A stretch of 63,906 bases of DNA, filler included, from Vicugna vicugna (GCA_013265495.1; 76 parts of 75 records of this genome joined end to end with filler, not necessarily neighbours in it), one strand, 5' to 3'; positions 50,037 through 62,466 are shown, counted from the whole stretch's first letter. Made by a program: numbers and translations. Notes: generated by a model not told the origin, from the letters alone.

Positions 50037-51160
50037 NNNNNNNNNNNNNNNNNNNNNNNNNNNNNNNNNNNNNNNNNNNNTTAATTAATTAANNNNNNNN
50101 NNNNNNNNNNNNNNNNNNNNNNNNNNNNNNNNNNNNGACATATGCCAAGGGAACCATGATTATTCAAAAGAAAATACTCAAAGTGATATCAAGGATCATT
50201 GAGCAGGCATCGACCCAGTTTCGCAGCTTGCATGTACTCAGCACATTGTATTCGGAAATCAGAGGCGTGAATATATATTCATAATTATTGACACAAAAGA
50301 TCATAGCTTGACCTAACGCAAATGCCGATTTGGAGTCCAGTGGATTCCTAGTCCTTGATATAGACTTGCAAGTCTTCCAACAGAATGAATGAATGACATA
50401 TTGTACCCTACGTGGAGAAGAAATGGCATAAGCCTATAACAAAGACAAGTAGCTCTGCAAAAGTGATCTAAGTGCAAAAGAGACAGACAGTAAAATGCAC
50501 ATTGCGGTTGGTTTCATTTCTAGGAATTTCAGCCATTTCATTAATAGGAATTTCAGCCCCCTTGGAACCAATGGATTCATGTCCTGAGAGTGCGGGTTTT
50601 TCAACAGAAATCAACAGACGGATATGTATTCCGGGTGTACGCATATTACAGGAACATATGTTTCCTTTAGTGGGTCTCTGTGTACTGTGAACTGTTAGAA
50701 AGTTTAATGACGTGTGAAACCATCAACTGAAAATGGACACGCTTCCTTCTTTTGGCACTGTGCATACAGATCTGAACAAAAGGAAAGAGGGAAGAACAAA
50801 GGCCCATGGGACTATAGTGGGAAGAATCACATTTACCTTAGGAACCTCTGGTCGGATGCAGCCCCTCCCCCAACACTTACAAGATGCAGCAGCCATTGAG
50901 GAAGGCCGTTACCGGTTGGATTCCAGGTGGAATATTGGTGTGTACCACGAGGCTTGTTGTGGCTGGTGGATCCTAAGTAACCGGGCAGAGTTATGTGGGT
51001 GGATTAGTGTGATAAGGGTGCTGCCGCCCTCTGTGGGCATTGGCTTAGGTCTTTGGTCCGNNNNNNNNNNNNNNNNNNNNNNNNNNNNNNNNNNNNNNNN
51101 NNNNTTAATTAATTAANNNNNNNNNNNNNNNNNNNNNNNNNNNNNNNNNNNNNNNNNNNN

Positions 51161-51655
51161 TGTTCACTTGGCTTTTAATTGCAGGCTCAATGAGCTGTCA
51201 CTGGAATAGATCTTACGGAAGATGGATTTAGCTCAGGCCTCTTTGGAATGGACAAGTGAACCCGGAGAAAAACAATCAAATCTTTGCAGACATTAAAGTT
51301 CACTTGAACGTGCTCCATCCCTGAGCCAAAGATAGGACAAATATGCAGCACTTCTTGAGGAATTTTTATGGTTCTCCAAGAATGAATCCCAGGGAACCAG
51401 GATGGCCAGTTGTCAAACTGAGACTTTGCTCTTTGGACAGTGTACCCAGAAAGGGTATTGGTCTTTTATATGTTTCCATTTCTCTTTAATACATGTCTGT
51501 TGATGAGGACGTGGTCACAAGTGTTTGACACCTTGTTGAAGCGACTTTGTGTACCTGCCTAGAAGCACGGGCACAGTTGTGGCTGCATCATACATTTTGC
51601 AGCCCATCCATTTCCCCGGCTCTGTGATCATGGCAGAGTGGTTCCTTGTTGACCT
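51161..51655 (+). repeat. Unclassified multi-copy element, paralogue of 51876-52329
   Basis: Shared ggcttttaattgcag, ttagctcaggcc, gaatggacaagtgaacc, gcagacattaaa, tgtcaaactg and gcacgggcacagttg in the same order. Confidence 0.88.
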
Positions 51656-51755
51656 NNNNNNNNNNNNNNNNNNNNNNNNNNNNNNNNNNNNNNNNNNNNT
51701 TAATTAATTAANNNNNNNNNNNNNNNNNNNNNNNNNNNNNNNNNNNNNNNNNNNN

Positions 51756-52329
51756 GACTAAATGACATAGTTGGGTAGCTTGGTGGAGGGAGGTGTTCGT
51801 GTGTTACAATTAGCCAGGAGAGCAGATTAAGAAAGCAGTGAAGGGTGGGTGAACTTTTTAGCTGAGGACGGTCTTGTTCTGCTGGCTTTTAATTGCAGAC
51901 TCAACGAGCTGTCAATGTAGGGAATATAAATTACGGAGGATGGACTTAGCTCAGGCCCCTTTAGAATGGACAAGTGAACCTGGAGAAAGACAGTCAAATC
52001 TGTGCAGACATTAAANNNNNNNNNNNNNNNNNNNNNNNNNNNNNNNNNNNNNNNNNNNNNNNNNNNNNNNNNNNNNNNNNNNNNNNNNNNNGAAGAGTGG
52101 TAGGTTCTCCAAGAATAAATCCCAGGGAAACGGGAAGGCCAGGTGTCAAACTGTGACTTTCCCCTTTGGACGGTATATCCACAAAGTTTATTGGCCTTTT
52201 ATAGGTTTTCATTTCTCTTTATTACATGTCAGGTGATGGGCACGTGGGCACAGGTGTTTGACAACTTGTTGAGTCGGCTTTGAATACCTGCCTAGCACGG
52301 GCACAGTTGCGGCTGTGTCATACATCTTG
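51756..52329 (+). repeat. Unclassified multi-copy element, paralogue of 51161-51655
   Basis: See partner; roughly one base in five differs, estimated by eye. Confidence 0.88.
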
Positions 52330-52429
52330 NNNNNNNNNNNNNNNNNNNNNNNNNNNNNNNNNNNNNNNNNNNNTTAATTAATTAANNNNNNNNNNNNNNN
52401 NNNNNNNNNNNNNNNNNNNNNNNNNNNNN

Positions 52430-53332
52430 CTCTCTCCTGTTTTCTTGTTCAGCTTCCAGTAATGAGAGCAGAGTATCAGAGCCTCCAGCTTTCACCGCTG
52501 ATCGGCTGTTTCTCCCTTCAGTTCTGTCTGGATTTGTCTCCTGTGTTTTGAGGCTCTGTTGTTGGGTGGCTGTACTAACATCAGACAAAAGGGTTTAAGA
52601 CGCAAGTTAATACTAGAGATAAAGAAGGCTCTTGTAATGATGAGAGATTCAATATATCATGAAGGAAATCATAGACATTAAGTGGAAATAAATGAAATAG
52701 AGAATGAAAAAAACATTGAGAAGTTCAAGACAAAAAGTTGTCTTTGAAAAGACAAAATCGACAGACTTCTAGCTAGATTGAACAAGACAGAATCAAAGTA
52801 TTAAAATGAGGAATGAAAGATGGGACATCACCACCAAACTTACAGGGGGAAAAAGGATTGTAAGGGAGTGCTCTCTGTCTAGAAAGTCCAATGTTTGGCC
52901 TTCCTGGGGGAACATCCTTTGATCACTTTTTTTCCCCTGTATATGGGCCATTTTTTTGCATGTCTCACAATATTTCGTTAAACTCGACATTTTAAATAAT
53001 ATATACAGCAGCCCTGGAGCTCAGAGTGTCATCCCCTCAAGGATTAGTGTTGCCGTTTGTTGCTGCTGCTGCTGCTGTTCGTTTGTTTGTGACTTTCCAG
53101 AAGTAACTCTATTAAGTCTGTATTCAGTGCCACGTGAGGCCACTTGGCTAACTTAGGGGTCAGCTAATAACTGAAGAGCAATGTCCTTACATGCCTCTGA
53201 CCATTACGTGTCCCAGCCCTTCCGAGGGGCTGTTCCGTGGGCCGGAGCAGTTTCCAGCTCGGCCTTAACCCTCCCTTCTGCTCACGCGCAGCCTCAGTTC
53301 CCCCGGAAGTGAGGGGTGTGCAGCCCTGAGCA
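52430..53332. mobile_element. Old L1M mosaic: antisense endonuclease fragment, sense ORF2 fragment (~52590-52870), antisense ORF1 start and 5' region
   Basis: Minus strand ...SLKTQETNPDRTEGRNSRSAVKAGGSDTLLS (endonuclease-like); plus strand gaaataaatgaaatagagaa...ctagctagattga...gggacatcaccacc; minus strand MAHIQGKKSDQRMFPQEGQTLDFLDRE (ORF1-start-like). Confidence 0.7.
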
Positions 53333-53432
53333 NNNNNNNNNNNNNNNNNNNNNNNNNNNNNNNNNNNNNNNNNNNNTTAATTAATTAANNNNNNNNNNNN
53401 NNNNNNNNNNNNNNNNNNNNNNNNNNNNNNNN

Positions 53433-53896
53433 AAATATATTATTAAAAAACCAATGGGAAAATAAAGAAATCAAAGCAGAAATGAAAAAGTACCTTGAGA
53501 GAAAAGAAAATGAAAGCAAAACGGCACAAAATTTATGGGACACAGCAAAAGCAGTGCTGATAGGGGAGTTTATAGCGATACAGGCCTTCCTCAAAAAAGA
53601 AGGACAATCACAAAAAAATAATTTAACTCACCAGCTGAATGAACTAGAAAAATAAGAACAAAAAATCGCCAAAGACAGCAAAAAGAAGGAAATCATAAAT
53701 ACTGGGGAGGAAATAAAATAGAGATTAAAAAGAGCATAGGAAAAAATTAAACCAATCCAAAAGGTGGTTTTTTAAAAAAGTAAGTAAAATCGACAAATCG
53801 ACAAACCTCTGGCAAAACTCAAAATGAAGAAAAGAGAGAGAGCACAAATTTGCAAAATAAGATAGGAGAATGGAGAAATTACAACAAATAAAATAG
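53433..53896 (+). mobile_element. LINE-1 ORF2 fragment (region after the endonuclease), disabled
   Basis: NILLKNQWENKEIKAEMKKYLERKENESKTAQNLWDTAKAVLIGEFIAIQAFLKKE, then a stop and frameshifts. Confidence 0.92.
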
Positions 53897-53996
53897 NNNN
53901 NNNNNNNNNNNNNNNNNNNNNNNNNNNNNNNNNNNNNNNNTTAATTAATTAANNNNNNNNNNNNNNNNNNNNNNNNNNNNNNNNNNNNNNNNNNNN

Positions 53997-54700
53997 TTAA
54001 ATCCCTGGGATGCTCATGAACTTCGTTGATTTGAATCATACTGCTGCTGGTAGGTCTATTGTGATTCCATCTCCTTTGGACGCTGTGTACTTCCTGAATT
54101 CGCATAGATGATCCTTTTTAGGATTTCAGCAAATTTCAGTCTGATGTTTCTACTGATAACTTTTCAGACATTTTTTGTTTCTTTTTCTCTTGCTTTTCCA
54201 TCTGGGACTCTTACGAATCCTAGTCTTTCATGCCTTGTCTTACCCCAGGATTCAACAGCAATGTTTTCATTGNNNNNNNNNNNNNNNNNNNNNNNNNNNN
54301 NNNNNNNNNNNNNNNNNNNNNNNNNNNNNNNNNNNNNNNNNNNNNNNNNNNNNNNNNNNNNNNNNNNNNNNNNNNNNNNNNNNNATTGTAGCCCTGATAT
54401 TATCTCATCCACTGAGTTTTCTGATATTATTTGTTTCGCCTTTAGGCTTTCTCTTCCCCTTTTCTGGTATTCTGCCTTTTATGATTCTGAGATACTGTAG
54501 TACTTCAGTGTTTCCCTCACCTCCGTTTTCAATTTTTTCTCTCAAATGCGATTTGCAGTCTAGTTTTCTGAAAGCTTATCTTTTGGGCCTTCAATCTCTT
54601 TGGAACTGAAAATGGTATTTCCTGTTTCTTTTACTGCACTTCTTCACCTCTACTGGTCAGGTAATATCAGGTATCTAATGTAGACTTCTAGGGCTTTGTT
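53997..54700 (-). mobile_element. Highly decayed LINE-1 ORF1
   Basis: Minus strand VESWGKTRHERLGFVRVPDGKAREKETKNV resembles ORF1 LWDNIKRTNIRIIGVPEGEEREKG. Confidence 0.65.
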
Positions 54701-54918
54701 AAGTGAAAAATTTGGAATCTTGGCTCTATGCAATTCCATGGTATTTCTGAGAGGACAGTTTCTCCTAGACATCGAAGCCATGTCCTGTTCCTGTGTTTGT
54801 TGTCTGGTATATCTCCAANNNNNNNNNNNNNNNNNNNNNNNNNNNNNNNNNNNNNNNNNNNNTTAATTAATTAANNNNNNNNNNNNNNNNNNNNNNNNNN
54901 NNNNNNNNNNNNNNNNNN

Positions 54919-55378
54919 TCTAAGTCTATATACGCCTTGTTTGGTGGATGAAAGGTCTGTAATACTCATGCTCACAACTCAGAAACTTATGATTGCCGAA
55001 TCCATCACACATGTGGCATGTACGGAACCCGGAATGCCATGTTGTTGGAATTCATGTAAATTACATATCTGTTAGGTGGAAATCGCTTCAGAATTATGTT
55101 TCTGTGAAAAAAGCACAAATTAAAAATTGGTGTTAGGGAAAGCTTGTGAAAATGTGTACAAGTGTCTAGATGATAATATTACTTTTATAGAGGATGAAAA
55201 ATTAGTAATCTAGATGCCCTCAACTCAGGAATGTATGTTTGTCGAATCCGATATATATGTAGCATGCACGGAACAAGGAATATCATGTAGATGGAATCTA
55301 TTCAAATTACATATCTCTAAGTAGAATTCTGTTCAAGAGGGTTTTTCTGATATCTAAGTGTGATTCTTAAAACTGGTG
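54919..55378. repeat. Satellite D
   Basis: Two subunits of the trimer. Confidence 0.92.
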
Positions 55379-55559
55379 NNNNNNNNNNNNNNNNNNNNNN
55401 NNNNNNNNNNNNNNNNNNNNNNTTAATTAATTAANNNNNNNNNNNNNNNNNNNNNNNNNNNNNNNNNNNNNNNNNNNNGCCCCGCCCCAGTCCTCTGAGC
55501 ACGTGAGAAGCAGGGAGGCAGGGTCAAGACCTCCCCAGCAGGCACTGATTCTCACAATG

Positions 55560-55668
55560 CAGATCCTGCTTTCATCCCCATCTTTCAGACAGGAATAGAG
55601 GTCAGGAGAGGTGAGGCGACCTGCCCGTCACATCGCACGTGGGCGCAGAACCAGGGCTGTAAGATGCC
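55560..55668. mobile_element. MIR SINE fragment
   Basis: atccccatctttcagacaggaatagaggtcaggagaggtgaggcgacctgccc. Confidence 0.65.
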
Positions 55669-56262
55669 AAGAGTCGACAGACACCACTGTGTCCTCTGTT
55701 TTAAGAAAATGATCCAAGAGAGCAGCCGGTCTGCAAGGCATCCAGAGAAGGCAGCCAAGGCTTGGCTCAGATTCCCCCACGGAGCTCAGCTCCTCAGCAC
55801 AGCTCTTAAATGTTTCCTGGGTCCAGTCCTGACCCATGGGGGCTGGTCCAGGCACAGGACCATTGGACCATTTTAGGAACAGTAAGATGGGAGGGGGGTG
55901 CCTGAGCTGGTCTTGCAGACCCAGGGCTCTGACCTGTGATGGGAGCTCCAGGTGAAGGGAGCTGCATGGGCTGAGGAGGAGAGTGGAGTGCACAGGCCGG
56001 CAGGGATCACCCAGTTTCGTGAGATTCGCAAAGACCTCAGGGGTCATGGGTCCAGGTGTCATGGAGGAATTTATGTTGGGGTCTCTCAGAATCATATCCG
56101 TGTTTTGGCAGCAGGTCAGACTGGTGTGAGGCCAGATTAGAGGATGGAGGAGTGGCTGGTCCNNNNNNNNNNNNNNNNNNNNNNNNNNNNNNNNNNNNNN
56201 NNNNNNTTAATTAATTAANNNNNNNNNNNNNNNNNNNNNNNNNNNNNNNNNNNNNNNNNNNN

Positions 56263-56768
56263 ATTCCTAGGTAGATGATGTAGTTTAAACACCTTCACTG
56301 CCCTAAGAGAGGCACAGGATATTACTTGGTTTACAGCCCAACCCCCAACTTCGCTCAAAGCCCAGCCTAGGAGAACACTCAAGGAAGTCAAGCTAAGGGA
56401 TTCTACTAGATCCCTGGTGCTGCTGTTAGTTGGAGGAGCCTCCCCACACTCAGAAAACGAGAACAATTCTTCGCACGTGTGCTGGTGGTGTGGAAACAGA
56501 GTCCACGCCTTTTTCCTGGGGCACAGGTATTCCTAGGTTGGAGGATGTAGGTTAAACACCTCCACATCCCATGGATAGGCACTCGCTAATACTTCGTTTT
56601 AGAGCCCACCGCAGTCCTGGCAGGGCAAGCCATCACGGAAGAAAAGCTAAGGGATTGTATTGAACCTAGATGCTGCTGTCACATGGACGAACTTCCGAAC
56701 ACTCAGGACTCCGGAGACACTCTTCTGTGTGGGGGCGGTGTGCAGCCCCAATCCACGCAGATGAATGG
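56263..56768. repeat. Satellite B
   Basis: caagctaagggattctactagatccc, ccccacactcagaa, cagccccaatccacgcagatgaatgg. Confidence 0.9.
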
Positions 56769-56868
56769 NNNNNNNNNNNNNNNNNNNNNNNNNNNNNNNN
56801 NNNNNNNNNNNNTTAATTAATTAANNNNNNNNNNNNNNNNNNNNNNNNNNNNNNNNNNNNNNNNNNNN

Positions 56869-57350
56869 CATCTATATCCAGAACACTTCATCGTCCGAAA
56901 AGAACACCACTGTAACTAGCAGTCACTCCCCAACCCCCCTCTATCCAGCCCCTTGCAACCGTCACCTGCTCTCTGCCTCTGCATGTGCTTTTTCTGGGCA
57001 TTTCTGATCACTAAAGTCAACAATATGTGGCAGTTGGTGTCTGGTTCCTTACACTTAACGTGCTGTTATCAAGGTTCGTCCATGTTGAAGTGGTATCAGC
57101 ATCTCTCTTTTTTTTATGAAAATGTTAAACTTTATTAGAAGGTGGTAAATACTATCAAAAAGAGTAGAGAGGAGTTTAAGGGGTGGGATTTCAAAGGGAA
57201 AAGGGTGGGTTGAGCAGTCACCGTGGACTTCCCAGAGCAGGTGGCTTTTTTCATATTCCCCTTTATTTATTTTTTCTTTTTTATTCACCCTTATGTCTGA
57301 ATAATGTTCCACTAAATGGAGATACTGCATTTTGTTCATCCATTCAGCAG
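56869..57350 (-). mobile_element. Old L1M 3' region interrupted at about 57108-57290
   Basis: ccagaacacttcatc..cc.aaaaga, ccagccccttgcaacc, tcaaggttcgtccatgttg, tctgaataatgttcca, catttttgttcatccattca-like motifs. Confidence 0.7.
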
Positions 57351-57776
57351 CTATATATGGACGAGGTCCAGGAAAATGAGTGTAAGAGGTGGCTAGCAGG
57401 GATGGCATTTAAGCAAAGGGCAAGATGTGCTTTCAAGAAAAAAAGCGAACAGTCAGAGGCACAACGAAATTCAGCGCATTTCTGAGAAAGTGCATGGTTG
57501 CTTCAGTAGGATTGCCGTGCAGGGCTGTGGGAGGGGGATAGTGACAGGAGACACAGTGAGGGAGTCATCTGAGAATATTCTCCACTGCATGCAGCTCAGC
57601 AAATTCTCCTCCCTCATCCTGTATTTTAGAACCATTTTTGCTAACTTTTCTCTTATTTCAAGTAACAGTAATTTAGNNNNNNNNNNNNNNNNNNNNNNNN
57701 NNNNNNNNNNNNNNNNNNNNTTAATTAATTAANNNNNNNNNNNNNNNNNNNNNNNNNNNNNNNNNNNNNNNNNNNN

Positions 57777-58895
57777 GGTTAATAACCTCCAAATCCCATG
57801 GAGAAGCACTCGCTCATACTTCGATTTAGAGCCCATCCCCCACCATCACTTAGTGCTAGACCTAGGAAAACACTTAGGGAAGTCAAGCTAAGGGATTCTA
57901 TTAAAACCCAGGTGCTGCTGTCTGTTGGAGGAACCTCCCCACACTGAGAACACCAGAAAACTTCTTTCTGTGTTTGCTGGACGTGGGGAAACATAGCACA
58001 CTCATTTTTCAGGGGTCACAGTAATTCCCAATTTGTGGGTTGTAGTTTAAACATCCCCACTACCCATGGAGTGGCACACGCTAATACTTAGTTTAGATCC
58101 CAAATCCCACTTTCAACCACACACTGGCCTAGGCAAACCATCAGGGAAGACAAGCAAAGGGATTCTATTAAAACCAAGACGCTGATGTCAGTTGGAGGAA
58201 CTACCCCACCCTCAGGATACTGGAACCCAACCTTGTGTGGTGGGGAGATTTGAAGCCCCACTCCACGCAGATGAATGGGTGCTCAGGTGTTTCCCTTTAT
58301 GGAGAATTCATCTAAATACTTCCTCAGTCCATCGGGGACACTCGCTACTATTTGGNNNNNNNNNNNNNNNNNNNNNNNNNNNNNNNNNNNNNNNNNNNNN
58401 NNNNNNNNNNNNNNNNNNNNNNNNNNNNNNNNNNNNNNNNNNNNNNNNNNNNNNNNNNNNNNNNNNNNNNNNNNNNNNNNNNNNNNNNNNNNNNNNNNNN
58501 NNNNNNNNNNNNNNNNNNNNNNNNNNNNNNNNNNNNNNNNNNNNNNNNNNNNNNNNNNNNNNNNNNNNNNNNNNNNNNNNNNNNNNNNNNNNNNNNNNNN
58601 NNNNNNNNNNNNNNNNNNNNNNNNNNNNNNNNNNNNNNNNNNNNNNNNNNNNNNNNNNNNNNNNNNNNNNNNNNNNNNNNNNNNNNNNNNNNNNNNTAAG
58701 AACCAAGGCCCTTCTCTCAGTTGGAGGAGGCTGCCCACCCTCAGGATAACTGTGCAAGTGTTCGTGTGTGTGCTGGAGGTGTGGAAACAGCCTCCACGGA
58801 ACTTTATGGGGGCACAGGTGTTCCCAGGTTAGGGAATGTAGTTTAAACAACTCCATAAACCATAGAGAGGTCATCGCAAATACTTGGTTTCGGAG
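57777..58895. repeat. Satellite B (gapped)
   Basis: Same motifs; 58705-58895 is very similar to 18962-19147. Confidence 0.9.
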
Positions 58896-58995
58896 NNNNN
58901 NNNNNNNNNNNNNNNNNNNNNNNNNNNNNNNNNNNNNNNTTAATTAATTAANNNNNNNNNNNNNNNNNNNNNNNNNNNNNNNNNNNNNNNNNNNN

Positions 58996-59880
58996 TCCAT
59001 GTCTTGGCTATTGTATATAGTGCTTCTATGAACATTGAGGGTGCATGTATCCTTTAGAATTAGAGTTCCTTCCAGATATATGCCAGGAGTGGGACTGCTG
59101 GATTATATGATAGGTCTATTTTTAGTTTTTTGAGGAATCTCCATACTGTTTTCTATAATGGCTGCACCAAACTACAGTCCCACCAGCAGTGTAGGAGGGT
59201 TTNNNNNNNNNNNNNNNNNNNNNNNNNNNNNNNNNNNNNNNNNNNNNNNNNNNNNNNNNNNNNNNNNNNNNNNNNNNNNNNNNNNNNNNNNNNNNNNNNN
59301 NNNNNNNNNNNNNNNNNNNNNNNNNNNNNNNNNNNNNNNNNNNNNNNNNNNNNNNNNNNNNNNNNNNNNNNNNNNNNNNNNNNNNNNNNNNNNNNNNNNN
59401 NNNNNNNNNNNNNNNNNNNNNNNNNNNNNNNNNNNNNNNNNNNNNNNNNNNNNNNNNNNNNNNNNNNNNNNNNNNNNNNNNNNNNNNNNNNNNNNNNNNN
59501 NNNNNNNNNNNNNNNNNNNNNNNNNNNNNNNNNNNNNNNNNNNNNNNNNNNNNNNNNNNNNNNNNNNNNNNNNNNNNNNNNNNNNNNNNNNNNNNNNNNN
59601 NNNNNNNNNNNNNNNNNNNNNNNNNNNNNNNNNNNNNNNNNNNNNNNNNNNNNNNNNNNNNNNNNNNNNNNNNNNNNNNNNNNTCTTTATGCCATACCAT
59701 GCTGTTTTAATTCCTATAGCTCTGTAGTATTGTCTGAAGTCTGGGAGGGCTATTCCTCCAGTATATTTCTTCAGTATTGCTTTGGCAATCCTGGGTCTTT
59801 TGTGATTCTATATAAATTTTAGGATTGTTTGTTTTAGTTCTTTAAAAAATGTCCTGGATAATTTGATAGGGACCGCATTA
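58996..59880 (-). mobile_element. LINE-1 ORF2 3' region (camelid-type, antisense)
   Basis: tccatgtcttggctattgta.atagtgct, ttttgaggaatctccatactgttttc.ataatggctgcaccaa, tgccataccatgctgtttt. Confidence 0.9.
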
Positions 59881-59980
59881 NNNNNNNNNNNNNNNNNNNN
59901 NNNNNNNNNNNNNNNNNNNNNNNNTTAATTAATTAANNNNNNNNNNNNNNNNNNNNNNNNNNNNNNNNNNNNNNNNNNNN

Positions 59981-60885
59981 TTTATTTACTTTGATATTTC
60001 ATTGTTAGTGTAAAGAAAAGCAACTAATTTCTGGATGTTAATCCTGTATCCTGCCACCTTGTTGAAGTCCTTTATTAGCTCTAGTAGTTTTTGTGCGGAG
60101 CTTTTAGGGTTTTCTATATATAGTATCATGTCATCTGCATATAATGACAATTTTACCTCTTCTCTTCCAATTTGGATCCTTTTTATTTCTTTTTCTGATC
60201 TAATTGCTATGGCTAGTATGTCCAATAATATATTGAATAGAAATGGTGAGAGTGGGCATCTTTGTCTTGTTCCAGATTTTAGAAGAAAGGCTTTCAGCTT
60301 TTCACCATTGAGCATNNNNNNNNNNNNNNNNNNNNNNNNNNNNNNNNNNNNNNNNNNNNNNNNNNNNNNNNNNNNNNNNNNNNNNNNNNNGGGCATTGAA
60401 TTTTATCAAATGCTTTTTCTGCATCTATTGAGATGATCATGCAGTTTTTATCCTGTCTTTTGTTGATGTGGTGTATTACATTGACTGATTTGTGTATACT
60501 GAACCAACCTTGTGTCCCTGGGGTGAACCCAACTTAATCACGGTGTATGATCTTTTTTATGTGTTGTTGGATTCTGTTTGCTAATATTTGTTGAGGATTT
60601 TCATAACAATGTTCATCAACAATATTGGTTATAGTTTTCTTTTTAGGTAGTGTATTTGCCTGGCTTTAGTATCAGGGTGATGGTGGTTTCATAGAATGAA
60701 TTTAGGAATATTCCCTTCTCTTCAATCTTTTTGAAGAGTTTGAGAAGGACTGGTATGAACTCTTTTTTCTATGTTTGATAAATTCCCCAGTGAAGCCGTC
60801 TGGTCTTTGACTTTTGTTTGCAGGAAGGTTTTTGAATTAATGATTCTATTTTGCTTCAAGTGATTGATTTTTTCAGATGATTTAT
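59981..60885 (-). mobile_element. LINE-1 ORF2 reverse-transcriptase fragment
   Basis: [30 protein letters not shown]...[18 protein letters not shown] includes the YADD catalytic motif. Confidence 0.96.
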
Positions 60886-61320
60886 NNNNNNNNNNNNNNN
60901 NNNNNNNNNNNNNNNNNNNNNNNNNNNNNTTAATTAATTAANNNNNNNNNNNNNNNNNNNNNNNNNNNNNNNNNNNNNNNNNNNNAGGAGCAGGTAGGGG
61001 GCCCCTGAGGTCATGAGGACCTGTGTACATAGGTGAGGCTGGGCGAGCTGGGTCTGGGGTGGGGCTAGAACTCTAACAGGGAGCCTCTGAAGCATTTGAA
61101 GTGGGGTTGATGTAATCAAATTTGTGATTTGGGAAGGCTGCCGTGGCTCTGTGTGTTTGTGTAGCGGCGAAGAGGGGGTGGGTTCCACCAAATGGGGGAT
61201 CATTAGAATACCATTCACAGGCTGGGATATGGGCATCGGGGCTACTTGAGGATGGCAGGGGCAGTGTGGATGCCGGCTTTTCTTAAGGGGGGCTTGTTAG
61301 TGGGCCGCCCTAGAGGCACT

Positions 61321-61553
61321 TTGTGCCTGGAAGAAAACGGATGGACGCCGCCAGGTGGACTGTCCTCTTCTTTCCTTCCCTGCCTAGTGTGATGATCTAA
61401 GCTCAGCCAACATTTGGAACAAAAGAGTTAATTTCCAGAGTTGCTCAGGACTTTGTTGAGCTCCTTCGAGTCAGATCTAATAGGATTTAGGTTTGTGTTC
61501 AGATCTGGATGTTCACTTAGATAGAAACGTCCTGTCATTTCGATTTCCATAGG
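61321..61553 (-). repeat. Low-copy duplicated segment, paralogue of 7692-7924
   Basis: Reverse-complement match. Confidence 0.9.
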
Positions 61554-61880
61554 GGATTTTTTCTTCATAAAGATTGCTTTCTCGGTGAGAGGAAACTTAA
61601 TACAGCTGTTTTCTTTTTCAAAATAATCATATCTTTTAAGAAATTTAATATTCAAAAGAATAGGNNNNNNNNNNNNNNNNNNNNNNNNNNNNNNNNNNNN
61701 NNNNNNNNTTAATTAATTAANNNNNNNNNNNNNNNNNNNNNNNNNNNNNNNNNNNNNNNNNNNNAAAAGAGCCCCAAAGAAAAGAAAAAGAGAATTTTCT
61801 CTCCCAAAAAACCCTGATATTAAATTTGGATTAAATACTTAAAGAAAGAAAAAAAGAAAAATAGAAAAGATAAGTGACAC

Positions 61881-62289
61881 TGTGAAGGAAAACCCCAGCT
61901 GGGCTAACAAGCTAAGTCACAAATCTAAGTGTGATAAGTGTCAGTTTACTGATTTAAGTTTTGCTGGGCTACCTGGTAAAACTGAAGTTTAGTGTCAGTT
62001 TACTGGGCTAATATGCTTAATCGTAAATCCAAGTCAACAACTGTCAATAATGTGATCTGTTCCAAATTGATGAGTTTCAGTGTACTGATTCCTTGCTTTT
62101 TGCTGTTTGAGCCTTATTGGCTAATAGCTCCATACATGTAATTAACCCTATAAAACCTCATGTGCACGTCATGGAGGTGCTCAGAGCTTCGGAACAGAAG
62201 CCCCTCTGAGGCCTCCAGCTTAATAAATCTAAGTATTCCAAACCTCTGAGTGATTCTTATTTCTCGGCTAGCCTGTTGTTTCCATAACA
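61881..62289 (+). mobile_element. Complete solo LTR (ERV1-class) with 4-bp target-site duplication ACAC
   Basis: Imperfect inverted termini TGTGAAGGAAA...TTTCCATAACA; ACAC at 61877-61880 and 62290-62293; ATTGG at 62116, TATAAAA at 62149, AATAAA at 62222. Confidence 0.88.
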
Positions 62290-62466
62290 ACACAAGCGAT
62301 AATGCCCGTGAGATAAATCTGGGGAGGCTGCTGGCAGATCCCCATGTCTCACGTGAGAAAATCTGAAACATCCTTCTCACCACTCAGAGTCATCATAAGC
62401 CCACCCCACCCCTCCCGCTTTTCAATGCAGGAGCACAGGCAGGGCCCAGCCTTTGATGTCTCTGTG

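Noticed and set aside
55628..56095. 155-aa minus-strand ORF
   Set aside because: GC-rich sequence overlapping a MIR fragment, with no recognisable domain; likely a chance ORF.
5195..59822. Long ORFs in the supplied track made mostly of X
   Set aside because: They are open only because N runs contain no stop codons.
59986..60396. YADD reverse transcriptase as a retron or novel RT system
   Set aside because: It is ordinary LINE-1 ORF2, fragmentary and with disablements nearby.
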